DNA from: Candidatus Zixiibacteriota bacterium
Lineage (GTDB): Bacteria; Zixibacteria; MSB-5A5; GN15; FEB-12
Reading direction: 5' to 3'
Assembly (NCBI GenBank): GCA_034003725.1
Contig: JAVEYB010000005.1
Coordinates: 38,831-70,830 of the forward strand
Length of the DNA stretch: 32,000 bases
Under the pieces are notes generated by a model. It worked only from the letters and a program-made list of their open reading frames with translations. It was not told the origin of the DNA and did not search any database. This document shows, in pieces, positions 23,109-30,910 of this stretch. The position numbers and the translations under genes are program-made. The first letter of the stretch is position 1. The number at the start of each line of letters is the position of its first letter.

Positions 23109-23147
23109 CTCATGGCGTGCCTCCTTTCTCTTTTGAAGGTGAACGAT

Positions 23148-23507
23148 TTACGGCAGTAATTTATTCGCCGTGTCTCCTATTGCAACGCATAGTTTTCTCG
23201 GGAACCCGAGCATGAACAACCCATCAGCTACAAACTTACAGGCGAAGTCGGCGAACTGACGAATCGGTTCACGAAACATCATGTAGCCACCAACGATTGC
23301 AGTAGCGCGTATTGGATGGCGCTTGATCCAACCACTGGCTCGTTTAATAAACGCCTCTTTGGGCTGTGATTGCCGGGCAAGTGTAACGGCATGTTCCCGA
23401 TTAGTAGAATAGCCGGTCCCCCATGTTCTGCCAGTCTTCCGGTCCCGCATTTCGCAGCACCATTCGTTGTCGTCTACTTTGTAGCAGACAGGATATGTGG
23501 CACGCAC
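23148..23507 (-). CDS. hypothetical 119-aa protein
   Basis: GTG start preceded by AAGGAGG plus 6 nt. No recognisable domain. A TTGACA-16-TAGGCT promoter-like element lies upstream on the minus strand. Confidence 0.55.
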   Translation of the reverse strand: MRATYPVCYKVDDNEWCCEMRDRKTGRTWGTGYSTNREHAVTLARQSQPKEAFIKRASGWIKRHPIRATAIVGGYMMFREPIRQFADFACKFVADGLFMLGFPRKLCVAIGDTANKLLP

Positions 23508-23731
23508 ATTTGACCTCCTTGTTTGTAAAGTTCAGTTTTTTCAGTCGAGGACCGCAAACAGAGTCGCCGATTGAAAAAGCCGAAAGCGCCGTCACTTAGT
23601 TGTGACGACGTTGCCAAATTGATGGAAAAGTGCCCTTTTGATGACTCCTCCTCCTGTTTTCTACAGCCTATCACAGTGAGATTTGCTGTCAAGAACCCGA
23701 CCGCCAATTTCCTGAATTACGAAGGTTTGAC

Positions 23732-24142
23732 TCAACTGAGTATCCCTTTGACTTTTGTGACGACTTCCGATGGTGAAAAGCGCGCCTTTACCCAATAATC
23801 AAGAGCTCCCAGACCCCTTGCACGCTCGATATTGCTCTGATTCTCCTCATCGAGATTTGTAAAAACGACGACCGGGATGTTGACGGTCTGATTATTCTTC
23901 TTCAGTTGTTCCAGCACCCGAAACCCGGCTTCCTTGTTCAGTGTCATCGGGAGTCCTTCCCGTTTGGGCAAGATTAAGTCGAGAAGTACAAGGTCGGGCG
24001 TCAACCTTTTCGCAAGCTCCAATCCCGATTCGGGAGTATTCGCGGTAACCAATTCAATTTCCTTTTCGAACGAGAACTTCAGTGTATACATGTGAAGGAT
24101 GTCGGGATCGTCGTCGATCAGGAGAATGGTCTTCTTATCCAT
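23732..24142 (-). CDS. single-domain response regulator (CheY-like receiver)
   Basis: ILLIDDDPD...DLVLLDLILP...VVVFTNL...K receiver signature. Confidence 0.9.
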   Translation of the reverse strand: MDKKTILLIDDDPDILHMYTLKFSFEKEIELVTANTPESGLELAKRLTPDLVLLDLILPKREGLPMTLNKEAGFRVLEQLKKNNQTVNIPVVVFTNLDEENQSNIERARGLGALDYWVKARFSPSEVVTKVKGILS

Positions 24143-24151
24143 ACGCGATTG

Positions 24152-24535
24152 TCACAATTTAGTCAGTCTCGACTCGACCAGCGAGACAACTTCCTGCGGA
24201 GTTAATTTGGCTTTCATTACGTATGCCTCGGCTCCGAGACGCTTTCCCTTTTCGGCAGCGTCTTTTTCTCCCATGTTGGTCAGGAGATAAACCGGAATAT
24301 CCTTGAGGGTCGGATCAGCTTTCATCCGTTTCAACACTTCAAAGCCGTCAAGATCATCCATGCGAATATCCAAAAGGACCAGGTCGGGTTTTTCTTTCTT
24401 AACCATATCAAGCCCCCGATATCCGCCGGTGGCTACCAACAAGTTCAGCCCGGAAAGTCGAAACTTCAGTTGATACATTTCGATAAGGGTGGGATCATCT
24501 TCTATCAGGAGAATGGTCACTTTCTTTGAATCCAT
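24152..24535 (-). CDS. single-domain response regulator (CheY-like receiver)
   Basis: ILLIEDDP...DLVLLDIRMDDLDG...VYLLTN...K receiver signature. Confidence 0.9.
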   Translation of the reverse strand: MDSKKVTILLIEDDPTLIEMYQLKFRLSGLNLLVATGGYRGLDMVKKEKPDLVLLDIRMDDLDGFEVLKRMKADPTLKDIPVYLLTNMGEKDAAEKGKRLGAEAYVMKAKLTPQEVVSLVESRLTKL

Positions 24536-24539
24536 ACAG

Positions 24540-26696
24540 TTATGCAGGTTTGGCTTTAGGCTGATGAACCGGAAGGGTGATCGTTGCGGTCGTTCCTTTC
24601 CCCTCTCCGGCGCTATCGAGACTGATCTCGCCGCGATGCTCGCTTATAACGTTCTTGGCGATGAAGAGTCCTAGGCCGGAGCCGTCCGTGTGCTGGAAAG
24701 TCGATTTCTCACCGCGCGAAAACTTTCCAAACAGTCGCGCTTTGTCGGTTTCGGAGATACCGATGCCGGTGTCCTTTACGGTGATTGTTACTTCGTTCGC
24801 GTGTGACGTCAAGTCGATCTCAACCCCTCCTTTATTCGTGTATTTCTCTGCATTGTCTATCACATTTTCTAGTGCCTCGCGCATCATCCTGGGATCCGCT
24901 TCGACCATGAGTTCCTTGGCTGACGGTTTGAAGCGCAGGTAGAGGCCTTTGCGGTCGTAGTTGGGTTTTAGTTCTTCGACGACTTTGCTTACGATGGCAA
25001 TCAAATCGACAGCTTCCATCTTGAAGTGCAGATTCCCTCCTTCAAGCTCCATCGCATCGAGCAGGTCATTGACGATGTTTGACAGACGGTTGGCCGATTC
25101 CAGCATGTGCAACTGAGCGTCCTTGCGATCCTGCTTGGGCAGTTTGTCCAGGTCGCCGTCGGCCTGCATAGCCAAAAGGCCTCGGATAGCGGTCAATGGC
25201 GTGCGCAATTGGTGTGAGGCGATTGAAAGAAACTCCGATTTCATTTTGAGCAGGTCCTGAAGGTGGCGGTTTTTCTCCTGTAGTTCGCGGGTTTGCTCGG
25301 CTACTACTTCCTCCATAGACGAGTAGAGCCGGGCGTTCTCAACTGCTACCGACGCCTGGTTGGCCAGCGTTTTCAGGAGGTCCATATCTTCCTTGGTGAA
25401 GGCTTCTCGGGTCACCTTGTGACCGATCAGAACGATGCTGTTTACCGAATTCTTGATGATCAGGGGCAGGATAACGGCAATGCCATGTCGATCCATTTCG
25501 GACTGCAGATGCTTCGCTCCCGGCACTGAAGTTGACGCGGCTAAAAGCTCTGCTGATACAATGGGTCGATTCAGTCCGGCCTTGACGCGTGATTGAATTT
25601 CGCTGTCAAAGAAATCCCGAACCGCACGCTCGTCGAAACCGATATATTTGGCCAGTGTATAATTGCCGTTGTGCTTTCCGGTGTGAAGAATAAAGGCAAT
25701 GTTGTCATTTCGCATGGCATTCTGTACGGTCTCCACGATTAACGTAATGACCTCATAAAGGTGAATGGTCTGAGAGATTCTGCTGGCGAACTGTTCAAGA
25801 GTCTCCTGATAGTCGTAGAGCCCGGTGAAGAAGTACTTGTTGGCAAAATGACGCAAAAACTTGCCTATATAGGCAAATCCAACTAGAAACAAAGGTGTGA
25901 TAACCAGTGCAGAGAGATATGCACCAGGACTGTGGAGACCGCCGAATAGGCGCTGGTCTACCCAGACGGTAACATAGTACGCGGTGAAAACAAAGACCGC
26001 CAGGCCGACATAGATAAACGATTTTCGCAAGACCAGCCGGATGTCCATGAGGCGGTGCTTGACGATGGCGTAGGTTGTAAAGGTCAGAAAGATCACCATG
26101 GCCAGCGGACCGAAAAATCTGATTTCGGCGATATGCAAAAGGGGTAGTATGAGGTTGGTTGAAACTGCCAGTCCAATTGATATTGACAAGCCAAGCAGAA
26201 CATAGAGGATCTGAAAGCCCTGGGGCGAATGTTTAAGGCGACGATACGTTCGATACATCTGGATCAATGAAACCGAGAAGCCGACGAGCATGAAGGCAAG
26301 AAAGAGCGGCTGTCCCCAGCTAAAAATGGTTCCCTCTAATCCGTAATCCACCACTATTTTGTCGCTGAGTGACAGGGCGATAAACAGCGCGGTCACGGTA
26401 AGGGCAAGAACCGCTTTCGAGCGGCTGCCGAGCCGCTCCTCGGGAAAGTACCGGGAGAAGAAATAGAGCATCAGGACGACCAATGCCGATGTGGCAAACG
26501 ACAGCCGTGACCACAATACGATTTGATCAGTCGCCGTAAGTAGATCGGTGACCAGAATTGTGACAGCCCACAACGTGGCGGATAGTATCACGAGCCAAAA
26601 ATAGACCGTGCTCTGGACCTTTCGCCCTCTTCGAAAGAGAACATACACGAGAAAGAGGTTGTAAGCGACTATGAGACTGACAAGGACGGTCGACAT
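24540..26696 (-). CDS. hybrid-architecture sensor histidine kinase: N-terminal 7TM domain + GAF + HisKA + HATPase_c
   Basis: About 7 TM helices (HisKA_7TM-like), a GAF-like middle region, H-box SIASHQLRTPLTAI, and N/G boxes (DNAEKYT, DTGIGI, GSGLGLFI). Confidence 0.9.
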   Translation of the reverse strand: MSTVLVSLIVAYNLFLVYVLFRRGRKVQSTVYFWLVILSATLWAVTILVTDLLTATDQIVLWSRLSFATSALVVLMLYFFSRYFPEERLGSRSKAVLALTVTALFIALSLSDKIVVDYGLEGTIFSWGQPLFLAFMLVGFSVSLIQMYRTYRRLKHSPQGFQILYVLLGLSISIGLAVSTNLILPLLHIAEIRFFGPLAMVIFLTFTTYAIVKHRLMDIRLVLRKSFIYVGLAVFVFTAYYVTVWVDQRLFGGLHSPGAYLSALVITPLFLVGFAYIGKFLRHFANKYFFTGLYDYQETLEQFASRISQTIHLYEVITLIVETVQNAMRNDNIAFILHTGKHNGNYTLAKYIGFDERAVRDFFDSEIQSRVKAGLNRPIVSAELLAASTSVPGAKHLQSEMDRHGIAVILPLIIKNSVNSIVLIGHKVTREAFTKEDMDLLKTLANQASVAVENARLYSSMEEVVAEQTRELQEKNRHLQDLLKMKSEFLSIASHQLRTPLTAIRGLLAMQADGDLDKLPKQDRKDAQLHMLESANRLSNIVNDLLDAMELEGGNLHFKMEAVDLIAIVSKVVEELKPNYDRKGLYLRFKPSAKELMVEADPRMMREALENVIDNAEKYTNKGGVEIDLTSHANEVTITVKDTGIGISETDKARLFGKFSRGEKSTFQHTDGSGLGLFIAKNVISEHRGEISLDSAGEGKGTTATITLPVHQPKAKPA

Positions 26697-27976
26697 TAGG
26701 CAATCGGTCGCTTAGCGTATAATTCAATGTAGTCGGCTCCGAGAGCGGCGGCGCGGTTGTGTTGTCGCAATTGGCTTGAGACGCGCTGCGCATTGAGGGT
26801 ATAGCGGGGGTCGTCGAGGACCTGCTTGATGGCGGCCATAATCGTTTTAGGTTTGACCTGGGTGGCTTTGAGGAAGTACTTCTCCCGCTTGGAGAAGTCA
26901 AGCAGGTTGACGGCATTAAGGTTCACTCCGACGCCGAGTTCCTGAATTCTGGCGGCAATGGTTCCCTGATCGATATTGTGTGGAATGGTCACGAGCGGTT
27001 TGCCGTGCCAGAGGGACTGCATGACGGTTCCGTGACTGGCCGTGTTTACCACCAACTCGGCCTCACGGGCGGCTTTGAGTCCGGGAACGTACTCGTGGAG
27101 TTTGAAATGCCTGGTGTCGGCCGGAAACTCGGAACGCTTAAAATTCGGTCCGATACTCATAATGATATTCCATTCCGACTGGCCGATGAACAGGTTGATA
27201 AGATTATTATAAACATCCTGTTTGAAAATTGACCCGCCGAGTGATACGTAGATCAGTGGTCGCTTCGGATCATGAAACATCCCGCGCCGGTCGAATTCCA
27301 TATCTTCAAAACCTCGCCAGAACAAGGGTCCGATGAAATGGACATCGTCGCGCGTATCCGGTTCCAGTGGCTCGAATTCAGCTATGCTGGGAATGAGAAT
27401 CGGATTGTGGGCGTGAAGGTCGGCTCGCTTGGAAGGGACGAAGCCGATATTGAGGGCGCGATAGAATTCTCTGATCTCAGTTAGGTACAATTCCTCGAAT
27501 CGTTTTGTGAATACCGGTCGTAAGGCATTGCGAAGCAGAACATGCGGCAGGGCTTCGGTCGACTTGCCCAATCCGAGCAGACCGCGAAAGTGGTTCAGCC
27601 ACTGGGCATTCAGGATCGTGACGTACGGAATGCCATACTTGTGTCGGATGAGCGAGCCGAAGAAACTCGGCGAATTTACAACGATATCAGGTTGGAAGTT
27701 TTCAGCTGCAGCCAGTTCATCCGACAGCCAATTGAGAAACAACTCGCGGTTCTGACGAAAGTAACTAATGGACTGATCTTTTTCATCATTGAGGTTGACC
27801 TCGGCGTGGCCCTCACCGTACACGTCATACCCGGCTTGATTGATAAAAGGCTTCCGTACTCTTGTGGTTGTGAAGAGTATCTCGTGCCCGCGACTCTTGA
27901 GCTCATCGGCGATAGCCAAAGAACGGATTACATGGGCGATTGATCCCCCCGAGTAGGGGGTAAAAAGGATTTTCAT
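26696..27976 (-). CDS. GT1-family (MGT/UDP-glycosyltransferase-like) glycosyltransferase
   Basis: MKILFTPYSGGSIAHVIRSLAIADELKSRGHEILF N-terminus and a C-terminal HGT...G.P....P...DQ nucleotide-sugar motif. 1-nt overlap with the kinase gene. Confidence 0.82.
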   Translation of the reverse strand: MKILFTPYSGGSIAHVIRSLAIADELKSRGHEILFTTTRVRKPFINQAGYDVYGEGHAEVNLNDEKDQSISYFRQNRELFLNWLSDELAAAENFQPDIVVNSPSFFGSLIRHKYGIPYVTILNAQWLNHFRGLLGLGKSTEALPHVLLRNALRPVFTKRFEELYLTEIREFYRALNIGFVPSKRADLHAHNPILIPSIAEFEPLEPDTRDDVHFIGPLFWRGFEDMEFDRRGMFHDPKRPLIYVSLGGSIFKQDVYNNLINLFIGQSEWNIIMSIGPNFKRSEFPADTRHFKLHEYVPGLKAAREAELVVNTASHGTVMQSLWHGKPLVTIPHNIDQGTIAARIQELGVGVNLNAVNLLDFSKREKYFLKATQVKPKTIMAAIKQVLDDPRYTLNAQRVSSQLRQHNRAAALGADYIELYAKRPIA

Positions 27977-28142
27977 TGCGGTTAGGTTTAAGGCGGAAAG
28001 GTGCGAACCGGCCGTAGATATCCCGTCGATGACCGCAGTACGTACCAGTTACCGGCGAAGTATAGCCAGTTCGCACTATGCCCTAATTTTACCCAAAAAC
28101 GCGGAAGTCCGCCAGTCCCCGAATCAAGATTCACTTCTACAC

Positions 28143-29756
28143 TCAAGGCAAGCGTAGAACCAGCAATCCTTCATCAAGTGCTGCCAAATATACGTAGTCG
28201 CCTACAATATCAACCCGGGTGCCGCCTAATCCACTCCCTGAATGGTTGGCGTAGTAATGGCCAATACGAGACGGCTGTGCCGGGTTAGATACATCAAGGA
28301 CGAACAATCCCTTCTTGAGATAATGGACCGACGAGACGCAAGCGATGTTGTCTGACACATCAATACCACTCGCATTGAAACCGTCAGTCGGTTGGTAGGT
28401 ACCGGTCAGCGTTGGTTGCGCCGGACTAGTTACGTCGAATATCTGCATTCTACCGCCGGAACCCGTGAATACTTGGTTTCCAAACACCTGAATTGCCCAG
28501 TCGTCTTTTGTGAATTGAGAAGACACCACAGTCGGAGTAGCCGGTGAGGAAACATTATAAACCGCTCCGCCGTCAAAATCGGCGATATACAGATAACCGT
28601 TTGTTGCAGCGATATTTCCTACCCGGCTGCGTGTAATGGCGCCAAGGTGTTGGGGTGAGGCGGGCGTCGAAACATCGATAATTTCGACGTATCCTTTGCC
28701 CGAGCTATCAGCGAAAGTACTAAGATACAATATGTTTCCATCGGCGCATAATCCCCAAAAGGCGGTTGTGCCTATCGTCAATACTTGCCCGATTGGCTGA
28801 ATTACATTAGGAGTTGAAATGTCAAACACTTCAAGAACACGATCCCGTAAGAGAAACAGACTCGTACCGCGGAGCGTGAGATCCGAGACGCTGGAGGTTT
28901 GACGTGTGGCAGCCAAGTACGGCTGTGAGGGCGAAGCCACGTTTACGACTTGTATTCGGGCGCTGAAATTGGTTGAGCCGGCATTGAGTAGATATGCCCA
29001 ATCTCCCGATACGGCTACGGTAGTAACAAACCCCGCAGTTGAGAATCGACCTACGAGTTGGACCTCTTGAATAGTCTTGAAGCTCCAGACAGGCCCGCTT
29101 CTCTCGTGCCCATGATTATCTTTCGCCACAATCTTCCAGTAGTAGGTCGTGTTGTAACTTAGCTGGTTGAACCAATCACCGCCAGTGGCCTGATACATTT
29201 GCTGCGTAAGATTGGATTTGACCAAGGGAGGATTCGTCCCGGTGCCGAAGTACAAGTCAGATGACACCGGGTCACCATCCGGATCGGAACACTGCCACCT
29301 CAGCGTAATACCGGCAGTATCCTGCCCGGTGGAGCCATTTGTCGGCACTGGATCGGAAGGGATGGTCGGCGCTTGGTTGCCAACGGTAGAGAAGCTCCAG
29401 ACTGGACCACTCGCGGAGGCTCCTTTCACATCCGTTGCCGTCACTTTCCAGTAATAGGTTGTGGAAGTGGCTAGTTGACCGGGGGCGTATGAGGACGAAG
29501 CTTGATCGTTGCTTACGACTGGAGGTGGATTCGATGTACCAAGCGAGACATCATAGGTGATGGAGTCCCCTTCCGGATCGGAACATTGCCAGGCGAGTTG
29601 AGTGGTAGTTGATACATTTGAGGCCCCGCTGGCGGGATGCGGATTGCTTGGTGCGACCGGAGCTTTGTTGCCGCCGCCTGAATTGGTCCCTGAATCACCA
29701 CTACTGCACGATACCAGCAGTAGAATGGCTACAATGGACATTATCGCTTTTGTCAT
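28143..29756 (-). CDS. surface lipoprotein: two Fn3-like repeats followed by an LVIVD-type beta-propeller region
   Basis: Lipobox LLVSC. Tandem modules W.CSDP.GD...YYWK..A.D..G....GPVWSF.T occur twice. The C-terminus carries repeated GNxxY(L/V) motifs ending GDYVYLAALDEGLLVLRL. Confidence 0.8.
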   Translation of the reverse strand: MTKAIMSIVAILLLVSCSSGDSGTNSGGGNKAPVAPSNPHPASGASNVSTTTQLAWQCSDPEGDSITYDVSLGTSNPPPVVSNDQASSSYAPGQLATSTTYYWKVTATDVKGASASGPVWSFSTVGNQAPTIPSDPVPTNGSTGQDTAGITLRWQCSDPDGDPVSSDLYFGTGTNPPLVKSNLTQQMYQATGGDWFNQLSYNTTYYWKIVAKDNHGHERSGPVWSFKTIQEVQLVGRFSTAGFVTTVAVSGDWAYLLNAGSTNFSARIQVVNVASPSQPYLAATRQTSSVSDLTLRGTSLFLLRDRVLEVFDISTPNVIQPIGQVLTIGTTAFWGLCADGNILYLSTFADSSGKGYVEIIDVSTPASPQHLGAITRSRVGNIAATNGYLYIADFDGGAVYNVSSPATPTVVSSQFTKDDWAIQVFGNQVFTGSGGRMQIFDVTSPAQPTLTGTYQPTDGFNASGIDVSDNIACVSSVHYLKKGLFVLDVSNPAQPSRIGHYYANHSGSGLGGTRVDIVGDYVYLAALDEGLLVLRLP

Positions 29757-30469
29757 GATCTGTTTCCTCCTGTGTCATTGAGAATTGATATTTGTTTCAT
29801 AGTTTTCGCATAATTGCTTCGCACATCGGATAGTCCCTCTCGTCCGTACAAGTCCATCGTAGTCGCCTGACTGGCGTGTCCGAGAATGGACGAGAGCGTC
29901 TCAATGGAGCCGCCAGCATCTTTCCACAGGCGGGCGAAGGTATGGCGAAACAAGTGGCAGGTGAGCTTGGTACGGTTTGGGTCGGGGTGCTGTACGCCGG
30001 AGTCTATTCCGGCTCGTTCTACTATCCGGTTTAATTGCCTGCTGGATAATCGTCCGCCACTTCGACTGACAAATACATATCCCTCTCGTCTCCCGCCCAT
30101 GCACTGTCCAAGCAGAAGGACCAAGTGATCGGTCAAAGGGACCAGCCTGGTCTTACCGCCCTTGCCGTTTCTGACGACTGCAAGTTGTTCTTGCAGGCGG
30201 ATATCAGCGATTTCCAAAGAGACTACTTCTGAGCGGCGCAATCCGGTCTCAGCCATGAGGGTGAGCATGGTTTGGTCACGCAGAGAGCGCGTAGCGGCTA
30301 AGACTTTCCGTACTTCGACTCGGGTAAGGTGATATTCGGCTCGCGAATGGCGGCCGTTTCCGCCGTTACTGTTGGATAAAGGTTGTTTACTGTGCATACC
30401 GAATGACGGGAAGGTCACTTTGTTAGAGAAAGCTGACGTTGGATTCGTCTCCCGTGCTGCATCGGCCAC
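29753..30469 (-). CDS. short tyrosine recombinase (catalytic domain only, XerC/D-like)
   Basis: R (TGLRRSE), K (GKGGKTR), HxxR (HLFRHTF), H (LGHAS) and Y (MDLY) are all present. Only about 45 aa precede the catalytic domain. The start is uncertain (GTG 30469 or ATG 30397, neither with an SD). The stop overlaps the lipoprotein ATG (ATGA). Confidence 0.85.
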   Translation of the reverse strand: MADAARETNPTSAFSNKVTFPSFGMHSKQPLSNSNGGNGRHSRAEYHLTRVEVRKVLAATRSLRDQTMLTLMAETGLRRSEVVSLEIADIRLQEQLAVVRNGKGGKTRLVPLTDHLVLLLGQCMGGRREGYVFVSRSGGRLSSRQLNRIVERAGIDSGVQHPDPNRTKLTCHLFRHTFARLWKDAGGSIETLSSILGHASQATTMDLYGREGLSDVRSNYAKTMKQISILNDTGGNRS

Positions 30470-30624
30470 GGGCTGTTTTGCGCTGTGGTCAGGGAAGAAT
30501 CAGCGTCGGTTGCCGACTCGCACGCCATGGAATCATGACGACCAACGATGAGGCAGGAGATGGAGCAGGAAATACTGAATTGGCCTGAAAGGCCCGTAAT
30601 TATTGATGATTCAAGGAGTTAGAC

Positions 30625-30654
30625 TTGACAGGAAAGGTCACTTTCCTCTAAGAT
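30625..30654 (+). promoter_or_regulatory. sigma70 promoter TTGACA-18-TAAGAT with a 6-bp inverted repeat (GGAAAG-gtca-CTTTCC) in the spacer
   Basis: Read directly. It points toward the serine recombinase gene. Confidence 0.45.
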
Positions 30655-30679
30655 TAGGACATTGGGGATTCATTGTCAA
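30651..30679 (-). promoter_or_regulatory. sigma70 promoter TTGACA-17-TAATCT on the minus strand; its -10 overlaps the plus-strand -10
   Basis: Read directly on the reverse complement. It points toward the tyrosine recombinase/lipoprotein genes. Confidence 0.4.
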
Positions 30680-30910
30680 TCACAAAATAGCGGATCGTTT
30701 CATCCACAACATTTCAAGGCTTTGCCACCGCCCCCGGTCATTGTGACACTTGACGGGACCCGGGCATACTGGGTAGCATGCCCCTCCTGCAACGTCACAT
30801 AGATGAACTGAAACGGATCCATCTCGCCGAAACCGGCGAAAACCTTTCTGATGAAGAAGCCTGGGCAATGGCAACAAGACTATTTACGTTAGCACGAACA
30901 ATTTCTCAAT

